Source: Eledone cirrhosa
Taxonomy: Eukaryota
Assembly (NCBI GenBank): GCA_964016885.1
Contig: OZ024743.1
Coordinates: forward strand, 210,428,001 to 210,492,000
DNA: 64,000 nt
Reading direction: 5' to 3'
The stretch's first letter is position 1; each line of letters starts with the position of its first letter. Positions 13,291-29,900 of the stretch are shown here, piece by piece. Under the pieces are notes generated by a model that saw only the letters and a list, made by a program, of their open reading frames with translations, was not told the DNA's origin and made no database searches. The position numbers and the translations under genes were made by a program.

Positions 13291-16200
13291 ACTATCCTAT
13301 TGCCAGGTGAAAAATCTTCACTCCATAAGATATAGCAGTTTACCATCCTATAGCCACAGATGAAAGCTCTTCACTCCATAAGATATACCACAGTTTACCA
13401 TCCTATAGCCACAGATGAAAGCTCTTCACTCCATAAGATATACCACAGTTTACTATCCTATTGCCAGATGAAAACTCTTCACTCCATAAGATATAGCAGT
13501 TTACCATTCTATGTCCACACATGAAAGCTCTTCACCCCATAAGATATACCAGTTTACCATCCTATGGCTACCCATGAAAGCTCTTCACTCCATAAGATAT
13601 ACCACAGTTTACCATCCTATAGCTACAGATGAACGCTCTTCACTCCATAAGATATACCACAGTTTACCATCCTATAGCCACAGATGAAAGCTCTTCACTC
13701 CATAAGATATACCACAGTTTACCATCCTATAGCGAGATCAAAGCTCTTCACCCCATAAGATATACCACAGTTTACCATTCTGTAGCAAGATTAAAGCTCT
13801 TCACTCCATAAGATATACCACAGTTTACCATCCTATAGCCACACATGAAAGATCTTCACTGCATAAGATATACCACAGTTTACCATCCTATAGCCACACA
13901 TGAAAGCACTTCACTCCATAAGATATACCACAGTTTACCATCCTATAGCCAGATGAAAGCTCTTCACTCCATAAGATATACCACAGTTTACCATCCTATG
14001 GCCACGCATGAAAACTCTTCACTCCATAAGATATACCACAGTTTAACATCCTATAGCCACAGATGAAAGCTCTTCCCTCCATAAGATAAACTACAGTTTA
14101 CCATTCTATAGCCAGATGAAAGCTCTTCACTCCATAAGATATACCACAGTTTACCATCCTATAGCCAGACATGAAAGCTCTTCACTCCATAAGATATACC
14201 ACAGTTTACCATCCTATAGCCACAGATGAAATCTCTTCACTCCATAAGATATACCACAGTTTACCATCCTATGGCCACACATGAAAGCTCTTCACTCCAT
14301 AGGATATACCACAGTTTACCATCCTATAGCCAGATGAAATCTCTTCACTCCATAAGATATATCACAGTTTACCATCCTATAGCCACAGATGAAAGCTCTT
14401 CACTCCATAAGATATACCACAGTTTACTATCCTATGGCCACAAATGAAAGCTCTTCACTCCATAAGATATACCACAGTTTACCATCCTATAGCCACACAT
14501 GAAAGCTCTTCACTCCATAAGAATTACCACAGTTTACCATTCTATGTCCACACATGAAAGCTCTTCACCCCATAAGATATACCACAGTTTACCATCGTAT
14601 GGCTACCCATGAAAGCTCTTCACTCCATAAGATATACCACAGTTTACCATCCTATAGCCACAGATGAACGCTCTTCACTCCATAAGATATACCACAGTTT
14701 ACCATCCTATAGCCACAGATGAAAGCTCTTCACTCCATAAGATATACCACAGTTTACCATCCTATAGCGAGATGAAAGCTCTTCACCCCATAAGATATAC
14801 CACAGTTTACCATCCTGTAGCAAGATTAAAGCTCTTCACTCCATAAGATATACCACAGTTTACCATCCTATAGACACACATGAAAGATGTTCACTGCATA
14901 AGATATACCACAGTTTACCATCCTATAGCCACACATGAAAGCTCTTCACTCCATAAGATATACCACAGTTTACCATCCTATAGCCAGATGAAAGCTCTTC
15001 ACTCCATAAGATATACCACAGTTTACCATCCTATGGCCACGCATGAAAACTCTTCACTCCATAAGATATACCACAGTTTAACATCCTATTAGCCACAGAT
15101 GAAAGCTCTTCCCTCCATAAGATATACTACAGTTTCCCATCCTATAGCCAGATGAAAGCTCTTCACTCCATAAGATATACCACAGTTTACCATCCTATAG
15201 CCACAGATGAAAGCTCTTCACTCCATAATATATACCACAGTTTACCATCCTATAGCAAGATGAAAGCTCTTCACTCCATAAGATATACCACAGTTTACCA
15301 TCCTATAGCCAGACATGAAAGCTCTTCACTCCATAAGATATACCACAGTTTACCATCCTATAGCCACACATGAAAGCTCTTTACTCCATAGGATATACCA
15401 CAGTTTACCATCCTATAGCCACAGATGAAATCTCTTCACTCCATAAGATATACCACAGTTTACCATCCTATAGCCAGACATGAAAGCTCTTCACTCTATA
15501 AGATATACCACAGTTTACCATCCTATAGCCACAGATGAAATCTCTTCACTCCATAAGATATACCACAGTTTACCATCCTATGGCCACACATGAAAGCTCT
15601 TCACTCCATAGGATATACCACAGTTTACCATCCTATAGCCAGATGAAATCTCTTCACTCCATAAGATATATCACAGTTTACCTCCTATAGCCACAGATGA
15701 AAGCTCTTCACTCCATAAGATATACCACAGTTTACTATCCTATGGCCACAAATGAAAGCTCTTCACTCCATAAGATATACCACAGTTTACCATCCTATAG
15801 CCACACATGAAAGCTCTTCACTCCATAAGAATTACCACAGTTTACCATTCTATGTCCACACATGAAAGCTCTTCACCCCATAAGATATACCACAGTTTAC
15901 CATCCTATGGCTACCCATGAAAGCTCTTCACTCCATAAGATATACCACAGTTTACCATCCTATAGCCACAGATGAACGCTCTTCACTCCATAAGATATAC
16001 CACAGTTTACCATCCTATAGCCACAGATGAAAGCTCTTCACTCCATAAGATATACCACAGTTTACCATCCTATAGCGAGATGAAAGCTCTTCACCCCATA
16101 AGATATACCACAGTTTACCATCCTGTAGCAAGATTAAAGCTCTTCACTCCATAAGATATACCACAGTTTACCATCCTATAGCCACAGATGAAAGCTCTTC

Positions 16201-19200
16201 ACTCCATAATATATACCACAGTTTACCATCCTTTCGCAAGATGAAAGCTCTTCACTCCATAGGATATACCACAGTTTACCATCCTATAGCCACACATGAA
16301 AGCTCGTCACTCCATAAGATATACCACAGTTTACTATCCTATTGCCAGATGAAAACTCTTCACTCCATAAGATATAGCAGTTTACCATCCTATAGCCACA
16401 GATGAAATCTCTTCACTCCATAAGATATACCACAGTTTACCATCCTATGGCCACACATGAAAGCTCTTCACTCCATAGGATATACCACAGTTTACCATCC
16501 TATAGCCAGATGAAATCTCTTCACTCCATAAGATATATCACAGTTTACCTCCTATAGCCACAGATGAAAGCTCTTCACTCCATAAGATATACCACAGTTT
16601 ACTATCCTATGGCCACAAATGAAAGCTCTTCACTCCATAAGATATACCACAGTTTACCATCCTATAGCCACACATGAAAGCTCTTCACTCCATAAGATAT
16701 ACCACAGTTTACCATCCTATAGCCACACATGAAAGATCTTCACTGCATAAGATATACCACAGTTTACCATCCTATAGCCACACATGAAAGCTCTTCACTC
16801 CATAAGATATACCACAGTTTACCATCCTATAGCCAGATGAAAGCTCTTCACTCCATAAGATATACCACAGTTTACCATCCTATGGCCACGCATGAAAACT
16901 CTTCACTCCATAAGATATACCACAGTTTAACATCCTATAGCCACAGATGAAAGCTCTTCACTCCATAAGATATACTACAGTTTACCATCCTATAGCCAGA
17001 TGAAAGCTCTTCACTCCATAAGATATACCACAGTTTACCATCCTATAGCCACAGATGAAAGCTCTTCACTCCATAATATATACCACAGTTTACCATCCTT
17101 TCGCAAGATGAAAGCTCTTCACTCCATAGGATATACCACAGTTTACCATCCTATAGCCACACATGAAAGCTCGTCACTCCATAAGATATACCACAGTTTA
17201 CTATCCTATTGCCAGATGAAAACTCTTCACTCCATAAGATATAGCAGTTTACCATCCTATAGCCACAGATGAAAGCTCTTCACTCCATAAGATATACCAG
17301 TTTACCATCCTATAGCCAGACATGAAAGCTCTTCACTCCATAAGATATACCACAGTTTACCATCCTATAGCCACACATGAAAGCTCTTTACTCCATAGGA
17401 TATACCACAGTTTACCATCCTATAGCCACACATGAAAGCTCTTCACTCCATAACCATAGTTTACCATTCTATAGCCACACATGAAAGCTCTACACTCCAT
17501 AAGATATACCACAGTTTACCATCCTATAGCCACAGATGAAAGCTCTTTACACCATGAGATATACCACAGTTTACCATCCTATAGCCAGATGAAAGCTCTT
17601 CACTCCATAAGATATACCACAGATTACCATCCTATCTCCACAGATGAAAGCTCTTCAGTCCATAAGATATACCACAGTTTACCATCCTATGGCCACACAT
17701 GAAAGCTCTTCACCCATAAGATATACCACAGTTTACCATCCTTTCGCAAGATGAAAGCTCTTCACTCCATAGGATATACCACAGTTTACCATCCTATAGC
17801 CACACATGAAAGCTCGTCACTCCATAAGATATACCACAGTTTACTATCCTATTGCCAGATGAAAACTCTTCACTCCATAAGATATAGCAGTTTACCATCC
17901 TATAGCCACAGATGAAAGCTCTTCACTCCATAAGATATACCAGTTTACCATCCTATAGCCACAGATGAAAGCTCTTCACTCCACAAGATATACCACAGTT
18001 CACCACCCTATAGCCAGATGAAAGCTCTTCACTCCATAAGATATACCACAGTTTACCATCCTATAGCCACACATGAAAGCTCTTCACTCCATAAGATATA
18101 CGACAGTTTACCATCATATAGCCACAGATGAATGCACATCACTCCATAAGATATACCACAGTTTACCATCCTATAGCCACAGATGAAAGCTCTTCACCCC
18201 ATAAGTTATACCACAGTTTACCATTCTATATCCAGATTAAAGCTCTTCACTCCATAAGATATACCACAGTTTACCATCCTATAGCCACACATGAAAGCTC
18301 TTCACTCCATAAGATATACCACAGTTTACCATCCTATAGCGAGATGAAAGCTCTTCACCCCATAAGATATACCACAGTTTACCATCCTGTAGCAAGATTA
18401 AAGCTCTTCACTCCATAAGATATACCACAGTTTACCATCCTATAGCCACACATGAAAGATCTTCACTGCATAAGATATACCACAGTTTACCATCCTATAG
18501 CCACACATGAAAGCTCTTCACTCCATAAGATATACCACAGTTTACCATCCTATAGCCAGATGAAAGCTCTTCACTCCATAAGATATACCACAGTTTACCA
18601 TCCTATGGCCACGCATGAAAACTCTTCACTCCATAAGATATACCACAGTTTAACATCCTATAGCCACAGATGAAAGCTCTTCCCTCCATAAGATATACTA
18701 CAGTTTACCATCCTATAGCCAGATGAAAGCTCTTCACTCCATAAGATATACCACAGTTTACCATCCTATAGCCACAGATGAAAGCTCTTCACTCCATAAT
18801 ATATACCACAGTTTACCATCCTATAGCAAGATGAAAGCTCTTCACTCCATAAGATATACCACAGTTTACCATCCTATAGCCAGACATGAAAGCTCTTCAC
18901 TCCATAAGATATACCACAGTTTACCATCCTATAGCCACAGATGAAATCTCTTCACTCCATAAGATATACCACAGTTTACCATCCTATGGCCACACATGAA
19001 AGCTCTTCACTCCATAGGATATACCACAGTTTACCATCCTATAGCCAGATGAAATCTCTTCACTCCATAAGATATATCACAGTTTACCTCCTATAGCCAC
19101 AGATGAAAGCTCTTCACTCCATAAGATATACCACAGTTTACTATGCTATGGCCACAAATGAAAGCTCTTCACTCCATAAGATATACCACAGTTTACCATC

Positions 19201-19322
19201 CTATAGCCACACATGAAAGCTCTTCACTCCATAAGAATTACCACAGTTTACCATTCTATGTCCACACATGAAAGCTCTTCAGCCCATAAGATATACCACA
19301 GTTTACCATCCTATGGCTACCC

Positions 19323-22300
19323 ATGAAAGCTCTTCACTCCATAAGATATACCACAGTTTACCATCCTATAGCCACAGATGAAAGCTCTTCCCACCATAAG
19401 ATATACCACAGTTTACCATCCTATAGCGAGATGAAAGCTCTTCACCCCATAAGATATACCACAGTTTACCATCCTGTAGCAAGATTAAAGCTCTTCACTC
19501 CATAAGATATACCACAGTTTACCATCCTATAGCCACACATGAAAGATCTTCACTGCATAAGATATACCAGAGTTTACCATCCTATAGCCACACATGAAAG
19601 CTCTTCATTCCATAAGATATACCACAGTTTACCATCCTATAGCCAGATGAAAGCTCTTCACTCCATAAGATATACCACAGTTTACCATCCTATGGCCACG
19701 AATGAAAACTCTTCACTCCATAAGATATACCACAGTTTAACATCCTATAGCCACAGATGAAAGCTCTTCACTCCATAAGATATACTACAGTTTACCATCC
19801 TATAGCCAGATGAAAGCTCTTCACTCCATAAGATATACCACAGTTTACCATCCTATAGCCACAGATGAAAGCTCTTTACACCATGAGATATACCACAGTT
19901 TACCATCCTATAGCCAGATGAAAGCTCTTCACTCCATAAGATATACCACAGATTACCATCCTATCTCCACAGATGAAAGCTCTTCAGTCCATAAGATATA
20001 CCACAGTTTACCATCCTATGGCCACACATGAAAGCTCTTCACCCATAAGATATACCACAGTTTACCATCCTTTCGCAAGATGAAAGCTCTTCACTCCATA
20101 GGATATACCACAGTTTACCATCCTATAGCCACACATGAAAGCTCGTCACTCCATAAGATATACCACAGTTTACTATCCTATTGCCAGATGAAAACTCTTC
20201 ACTCCATAAGATATAGCAGTTTACCATCCTATAGCCACAGATGAAAGCTCTTCACTCCATAAGATATACCACAGTTTACCACCCTATAGCCAGATGAAAG
20301 CTCTTCACTCCATAAGATATACCAGTTTACCATCCTATAGCCACAGATGAAAGCTCTTTACTCCATAAGATATACCACAGTTCACCACCCTATAGCCAGA
20401 TGAAAGCTCTTCACTCCATAAGATATACCACAGTTTACCCTCCTATAGCCACACATGAAAGCTCTTCACTCCATAGGATATACCACAGTTTACCATCATA
20501 TAGCCACAGATGAATGCACATCACTCCATAAGATATACCACAGTTTACCATCCTATAGCCACAGATGAAAGCTCTTCACCCCATAAGATATACCACAGTT
20601 TACCATTCTATATCCAGATGAAAGCTCTTCACTCCATAAGATATACCACAGTTTACCATCCTATAGCCACACATGAAAGCTCTTCACTCCATTAGATATA
20701 CCACAGTTTACCATCCTATAGCCACACATGAAACTCTTCACTCCATAGGATATACCACAGTTTACCATCCTATAGCCACACATGAATGCTCTTCACTCCA
20801 TAGGATATACCACAGTTTACCATCCTATAGCCATACATGAACGCTTTTCAGTCCATAAGATATACCACAGTTTACCATCCTATAGCCATACATGAAAGCT
20901 CTTCAGTCCATAAGATATACCACAGTTTACCATCTTATAGCCACAGATGAAAGCTCTTAACTCCATAAGATATAGCACAGTCTACCATCCTATAGCCACA
21001 GATGAAAGCTCTTCACTCCATAAGATATACCACAGTTTACCATCCTATAGCCACAGATGAAAGCTCTTTACACCATGAGATATACCACAGTTTACCATCC
21101 TATGGCTACCCATGAAAGCTCTTCACTCCATAAGATATACCACAGTTTACCATCCTATAGCCACAGATGAAAGCTCTTCCCACCATAAGATATACCACAG
21201 TTTACCATCCTATAGCGAGATGAAAGCTCTTCACCCCATAAGATATACCACAGTTTACCATCCTGTAGCAAGATTAAAGCTCTTCACTCCATAAGATATA
21301 CCACAGTTTACCATCCTATAGCCACACATGAAAGATCTTCACTGCATAAGATATACCAGAGTTTACCATCCTATAGCCACACATGAAAGCTCTTCATTCC
21401 ATAAGATATACCACAGTTTACCATCCTATAGCCAGATGAAAGCTCTTCACTCCATAAGATATACCACAGTTTACCATCCTATGGCCACGAATGAAAACTC
21501 TTCACTCCATAAGATATACCACAGTTTAACATCCTATAGCCACAGATGAAAGCTCTTCACTCCATAAGATATACTACAGTTTACCATCCTATAGCCAGAT
21601 GAAAGCTCTTCACTCCATAAGATATACCACAGTTTACCATCCTATAGCCACAGATGAAAGCTCTTTACACCATGAGATATACCACAGTTTACCATCCTAT
21701 AGCCAGATGAAAGCTCTTCACTCCATAAGATATACCACAGATTACCATCCTATCTCCACAGATGAAAGCTCTTCAGTCCATAAGATATACCACAGTTTAC
21801 CATCCTATGGCCACACATGAAAGCTCTTCACCCATAAGATATACCACAGTTTACCATCCTTTCGCAAGATGAAAGCTCTTCACTCCATAGGATATACCAC
21901 AGTTTACCATCCTATAGCCACACATGAAAGCTCGTCACTCCATAAGATATACCACAGTTTACTATCCTATTGCCAGATGAAAACTCTTCACTCCATAAGA
22001 TATAGCAGTTTACCATCCTATAGCCACAGATGAAAGCTCTTCACTCCATAAGATATACCACAGTTTACCACCCTATAGCCAGATGAAAGCTCTTCACTCC
22101 ATAAGATATACCAGTTTACCATCCTATAGCCACAGATGAAAGCTCTTTACTCCATAAGATATACCACAGTTCACCACCCTATAGCCAGATGAAAGCTCTT
22201 CACTCCATAAGATATACCACAGTTTACCCTCCTATAGCCACACATGAAAGCTCTTCACTCCATAGGATATACCACAGTTTACCATCATATAGCCACAGAT

Positions 22301-22892
22301 GAATGCACATCACTCCATAAGATATACCACAGTTTACCATCCTATAGCCACAGATGAAAGCTCTTCACCCCATAAGATATACCACAGTTTACCATTCTAT
22401 ATCCAGATGAAAGCTCTTCACTCCATAAGATATACCACAGTTTACCATCCTATAGCCACACATGAAAGCTCTTCACTCCATTAGATATACCACAGTTTAC
22501 CATCCTATAGCCACACATGAAACTCTTCACTCCATAGGATATACCACAGTTTACCATCCTATAGCCACACATGAATGCTCTTCACTCCATAGGATATACC
22601 ACAGTTTACCATCCTATAGCCATACATGAACGCTTTTCAGTCCATAAGATATACCACAGTTTACCATCCTATAGCCATACATGAAAGCTCTTCAGTCCAT
22701 AAGATATACCACAGTTTACCATCTTATAGCCACAGATGAAAGCTCTTAACTCCATAAGATATAGCACAGTCTACCATCCTATAGCCACAGATGAAAGCTC
22801 TTCACTCCATAAGATATACCACAGTTTACCATCCTATAGCCACAGATGAAAGCTCTTTACACCATGAGATATACCACAGTTTACCATCCTAT
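19323..22892. repeat. Tandem duplication of a 1789-bp unit (about 33 monomers): 19323-21111 and 21112-~22892
   Basis: ORF pairs 19323/21112, 19539/21328, 19810/21599 and 20510/22299 are all offset by 1789. Shared variants include CTTCCCACC, ACCAGAGTTT followed by CATTCC, and TTTACCCTCC. Confidence 0.93.
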
Positions 22893-23955
22893 AGCCAGAT
22901 GAAAGCTCTTCACTCCATAAGATATACCACAGATTACCATCCTATCTCCACAGATGAAAGCTCTTCAGTCCATAAGATATACCACAGTTTACCATCCTAT
23001 GGCCACACATGAAAGCTCTTCACCCATAAGATATACCACAGTTTACCATCCTTTCGCAAGATGAAAGCTCTTCACTCCATAGGATATACCACAGTTTACC
23101 ATCCTATAGCCACACATGAAAGCTCGTCACTCCATAAGATATACCACAGTTTACTATCCTATTGCCAGATGAAAACTCTTCACTCCATAAGATATAGCAG
23201 TTTACCATCCTATAGCCACAGATGAAAGCTCTTCACTCCATAAGATATACCACAGTTTACCACCCTATAGCCAGATGAAAGCTCTTCACTCCATAAGATA
23301 TACCAGTTTACCATCCTATAGCCACAGATGAAAGCTCTTTACTCCATAAGATATACCACAGTTCACCACCCTATAGCCAGATGAAAGCTCTTCACTCCAT
23401 AAGATATACCACAGTTTACCATCCTATAGCCACACATGAAAGCTCTTCACTCCATAAGATATACCACAGTTTACCATCATATAGCCACAGATGAATGCAC
23501 ATCACTCCATAAGATATACCACAGTTTACCATCCTATAGCCACAGATGAAAGCTCTTCACCCCATAAGATATACCACAGTTTACCATTCTATATCCAGAT
23601 GAAAGCTCTTCACTCCATAAGATATACCACAGTTTACCATCCTATAGCCACACATGAAAGCTCTTCACTCCATTAGATATACCACAGTTTACCATCCTAT
23701 AGCCACACATGAAACTCTTCACTCCATAGGATATACCACAGTTTACCATCCTATAGCCACACATGAATGCTCTTCACTCCATAGGATATACCACAGTTTA
23801 CCATCCTATAGCCATACATGAACGCTTTTCAGTCCATAAGATATACCACAGTTTACCATCCTATAGCCATACATGAAAGCTCTTAAGTCCATAAGATATA
23901 CCACAGTTTACCATCTTATAGCCACAGATGAAAGCTCTTAACTCCATAAGATATA
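21599..23955. repeat. Tandem duplication of a 1192-bp unit (about 22 monomers), overlapping the 1789-bp duplication
   Basis: ORF pairs 21599/22791 and 22299/23491 are both offset by 1192, with the same order of variant monomers. Confidence 0.88.
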
Positions 23956-26900
23956 CCATAGTTTATCATTCTATAGCCACACATTAAAGCTCTTCACTCC
24001 ATAAGTTATACCACAGTTTACCATCCTATAGCCAGATGAAAGCTCTTCACTCCATAAGATATAGCACAGTCTACCATCCTATAGCCACAGATGAAAGCTC
24101 TTCACTCCATATTATATACCACAGTTTACCATCCTATAGCAAGATGAAAGCTCTTCACTCCATAAGATATACCACAGTTTGCCATCCTATAGCCACACAT
24201 GAAAGCTCTTCACTCCATAAGATATACCACAGTTTACCATCCTATAGCCACAGATGAAAGCTCTTCACTCCATAAGATATACCACAGTTTACCATCCTAT
24301 AGCCACAGATGAAAGCTCTTTACACCATGAGATATACCACAGTTTACCATCCTATAGCCAGATGAAAGCTCTTCACTCCATAAGATATACCACAGATTAC
24401 CATCCTATCTCCACAGATGAAAGCTCTTCAGTCCATAAGATATACCACAGTTTACCATCCTATGGCCACACATGAAAGCTCTTCACCCATAAGATATACC
24501 ACAGTTTACCATCCTTTCGCAAGATGAAAGCTCTTCACTCCATAGGATATACCACAGTTACCATCCTATAGCCACACATGAAAGCTCGTCACTCCATAAG
24601 ATATACCACAGTTTACTATCCTATTGCCAGATGAAAACTCTTCACTCCATAAGATATAGCAGTTTACCATCCTATAGCCACAGATGAAAGCTCTTCACTC
24701 CATAAGATATACCACAGTTTACCATCCTATAGCCACAGATGAAAGCTCTTCACTCTATAGGATATACCACAGTTACCATCCTATAGCCACACATGAAAGC
24801 TCGTCACTCCATAAGATATACCACAGTTTACTATCCTATTGCCAGATGAAAACTCTTCACTCCATAAGATATAGCAGTTTACCATTCTATGTCCACACAT
24901 GAAAGCTCTTCACCCCATAAGATATACCACAGTTTACCATCCTATGGCTACCCATGAAAGCTCTTCACTCCATAAGATATACCACAGTTTACCATCCTAT
25001 AGCTACAGATGAACGCTCTTCACTCCATAAGATATACCACAGTTTACCATCCTATAGCCACAGATGAAAGCTCTTCACTCCATAAGATATACCACAGTTT
25101 ACCATCCTATAGCGAGATGAAAGCTCTTCACCCCATAAGATATACCACAGTTTACCATCCTATAGCCACACATGAAAGATCATCACTGCATAAGATATAC
25201 CACAGTTTACCATCCTATAGCCACGCCACGGATGAAAGCTCTTCACTCCATAAGATATACCACAGTTTACCATCCTATGGCCACAGATGAAAGCTCTTCA
25301 CTCCATAAGATATACCACAGTTTACCATCCTATAGCCACACATGAAAGCACTTCACTCCATAAGATATACCACAGTTTACCATCCTATAGCCAGATGAAA
25401 GCTCTTCACTCCATAAGATATACCACAGTTTACCATCCTATGGCCACGCATGAAAACTCTTCACTCCATAAGATATACCACAGTTTAACATCCTATAGCC
25501 ACAGATGAAAGCTCTTCCCTCCATAAGATAAACTACAGTTTACCATCCTATAGCCAGATGAAAGCTCTTCACTCCATAAGATATACCACAGTTTACCATC
25601 CTATAGCCAGACATGAAAGCTCTTCACTCCATAAGATATACCACAGTTTACCATCCTATAGCCACAGATGAAATCTCTTCACTCCATAAGATATACCACA
25701 GTTTACCATCCTATGGCCACACATGAAAGCTCTTCACTCCATAGGATATACCACAGTTTACCATCCTATAGCCAGATGAAATCTCTTCACTCCATAAGAT
25801 ATATCACAGTTTACCATCCTATAGCCACAGATGAAAGCGCTTCACTCCATAAGATATACCACAGTTTACTATCCTATGGCCACAAATGAAAGCTCTTCAC
25901 TCCATAAGATATACCACAGTTTACCATCCTATAGCCACACATGAAAGCTCTTCACTCCATAAGAATTACCACAGTTTACCATTCTATGTCCACACATGAA
26001 AGCTCTTCACCCCATAAGATATACCACAGTTTACCATCCTATGGCTACCCATGAAAGCTCTTCACTCCATAAGATATACCACAGTTTACCATCCTATAGC
26101 CACAGATGAACGCTCTTCACTCCATAAGATATACCACAGTTTACCATCCTATAGCCACAGATGAAAGCTCTTCACTCCATATAGATATACCACAGTTTAC
26201 CATCCTATAGCGAGATGAAAGCTCTTCACCCCATAAGATATACCACAGTTTACCATCCTGTAGCAAGATTAAAGCTCTTCACTCCATAAGATATACCACA
26301 GTTTACCATCCTATAGCCACACATGAAATATCTTCACTGCATAAGATATACCACAGTTTACCATCCTATAGCCACACATGAAAGCTCTTCACTCCATAAG
26401 ATATACCACAGTTTACCATCCTATAGCCAGCTGAAAGCTCTTCACTCCATAAGATATACCACAGTTTACCATCCTATGGCCACGCATGAAAACTCTTCAC
26501 TCCATAAGATATACCACAGTTTAACATCCTATTAGCCACAGATGAAAGCTCTTCCCTCCATAAGATATACTACAGTTTACCATCCTATAGCCAGATGAAA
26601 GCTCTTCACTCCATAAGATATACCACAGTTTACCATCCTATAGCCACACATGAAAGCTCTTCACTCCATAGGATATACCACAGTTTACCATCCTATAGCC
26701 ACACATGAAAGCTCTTCACTCCATAACCATAGTTTACCATTCTATAGCCACACATGAAAGCTCTTCACTCCATAAGATATACCACAGTTTACCATCCTAT
26801 AGCCACAGATGAAAGCTCTTTACACCATGAGATATACCACAGTTTACCATCCTATAGCCAGATGAAAGCTCATCACTCCATAAGATATACCACAGATTAC

Positions 26901-29900
26901 CATCCTATCTCCACAGATGAAAGCTCTTCAGTCCATAAGATATACCACAGTTTACCATCCTATGGCCACGCATGAAAACTCTTCACTCCATAAAATATAC
27001 CACAGTTTAACATCCTATAGCCACAGATGAAAGCTCTTCCCTCCATAAGATAAACTACAGTTTACCATCCTATAGCCAGATGAAAGCTCTTCACTCCATA
27101 AGATATACCACAGTTTACCATCCTATAGCCAGACATGAAAGCTCTTCACTCCATAAGATATACCACAGTTTACCATCCTATAGCCACAGATGAAATCTCT
27201 TCACTCCATAAGATATACCACAGTTTACCATCCTATGGCCACACATGAAAGCTCTTCACTCCATAGGATATACCACAGTTTACCATCCTATAGCCAGATG
27301 AAATCTCTTCACTCCATAAGATATATCACAGTTTACCATCCTATAGCCACAGATGAAAGCTCTTAACTCCATAAGATATACCATAGTTTATCATTCTATA
27401 GCCACACATTAAAGCTCTTCACTCCATAAGTTATACCACAGTTTACCATCCTATAGCCAGATGAAAGCTCTTCACTCCATAAGATATAGCACAGTCTACC
27501 ATCCTATAGCCACAGATGAAAGCTCTTCACTCCATAAGATATACTACAGTTTACCATCCTATAGCCAGATGAAAGCTCTTCACTCCATAAGATATACCAC
27601 AGTTTACCATCCTATAGCCACAGATGAAAGCTCTTCACTCCATATTATATACCACAGTTTACCATCCTATAGCAAGATGAAAGCTCTTCACTCCATAAGA
27701 TATACCACAGTTTGCCATCCTATAGCCACACATGAAAGCTCTTCACTCCATAAGATATACCACAGTTTACCATCCTATAGCCACAGATGAAAGCTCTTCA
27801 CTCCATAAGATATACCACAGTTTACCATCCTATGGCCACACATGAAAGCTCTTCACTCCATAGGATATACCACAGTTTACCATCCTATAGCCACACATGA
27901 AAGCTCTTCACTCCATAGGATATACCACAGTTTACCATCCTATAGCCACACATGAAAGCTCTTCACTCCATAACCATAGTTTACCATTCTATAGCCACAC
28001 ATGAAAGCTCTTCACTCCATAAGATATACCACAGTTTACCATCCTATAGCCACAGATGAAAGCTCTTTACACCATGAGATATACCACAGTTTACCATCCT
28101 ATAGCCAGATGAAAGCTCTTCACTCCATAAGATATACCACAGATTACCATCCTATCTCCACAGATGAAAGCTCTTCAGTCCATAAGATATACCACAGTTT
28201 ACCATCCTATGGCCACACATGAAAGCTCTTCACCCATAAGATATACCACAGTTTACCATCCTTTCGTAAGATGAAAGCTCTTCACTCCATAGGATATACC
28301 ACAGTTACCATCCTATAGCCACACATGAAAGCTCGTCACTCCATAAGATATACCACAGTTTACTATCCTATTGCCAGGTGAAAAATCTTCACTCCATAAG
28401 ATATACCACAGTTTACTATCCTATTGCCAGATGAAAACTCTTCACTTCATAAGATATAGCAGTTTACCATCCTATAGCCACAGATGAAAGCTCTTCAGTC
28501 CATAAGATATACCACAGTTTACCACCCTATAGCCAGATGAAAGCTCTTCACTCCATAAGATATACCAGTTTACCATCCTATAGCCACAGATGAAAGCTCT
28601 TCACTCCATAAGATATACCACAGTTCACCACCCTATAGCCAGATGAAAGCTCTTCACTCCATAAGATATACCACAGTTTACCATCCTATAGCCACACATG
28701 AAAGCTCTTCACTCCATAAGATATACCACAGTTTACCATCATATAGCCACAGATGAATGCACATCACTCCATAAGATATACCACAGTTTACCATCCTATA
28801 GCCACAGATGAAAGCTCTTCACCCCATAAGATATACCACAGTTTACCATTCTATATCCAGATGAAAGCTCTTCACTCCATAAGATATACCACAGTTTACC
28901 ATCCTATAGCCACACATGAAAGCTCTTCACTCCATAAGATATACCACAGTTTACCATCCTATGGCCACAGATGAAAGCTCTTCACTCCATAAGATATACC
29001 ACAGTTTACCATCCTATAGCCACAGATGAAAGCTCTTCACTCCATAACATATACCACAGTTTACCATCCTATGGCCACATATGAAAGCTCTTCACTCCAT
29101 AAGATATACCACAGTTTACCATTCTATGGCTACACATGAAAGCTCTTCACTCCATAAGATATACCACAGTTTACCAACCTATGGCCATAAGTAAAGCTCT
29201 TCACTCCATAAGATATACCACAGTTTACCATCCTGTAGCCACAGATGAAAGCTGTTCACTCCATAAGATATACGACAGTTTACCATCCTATAGCCACAGA
29301 TGAAAGCTCTGCAGCCCATAAGATATACCACAGTTTACCATCCTATGGCCACACATGAATGCTCTGCACCCCATAAGATATACCACAGTTTACCATCCTA
29401 TGGCCACACATGAATGCTCTGCACCCCATAAGATATACCACAGTTTACCATCCTATGGCCACACATGAAAGCTCTTCACTCCATCAGATATACCACAGTT
29501 TACCATCCTATGGCCACACATGAAAGCTCTTCACCCCATAAGATATACCACAGTTTACCATCCTATAGCCAGATGAAAGCTCTTCACTCCATAAGTTATA
29601 CCAGATTTTACCATCCTATAGCCACAGATGAAAGCTCTTCACTCCATAAGATATACCACAGTTTACAATCCTATGGCCACAGATGAAAGCTTTTCACTCC
29701 ATAAGATATACCACAGTTTACCATCCTAAATCCAGATGAAAGCTCTTCACTCCATAAGATATACCACAGTTTACCATCCTATATCCAGATGAAAGCTCTT
29801 CACTCCATAAGATATACCAGAGTTTACCATCATATAGCCACAGATGAAAGCTCTTCACTCCATAAGATATACCACACTTTACCATCCTACGGCCACAGAT

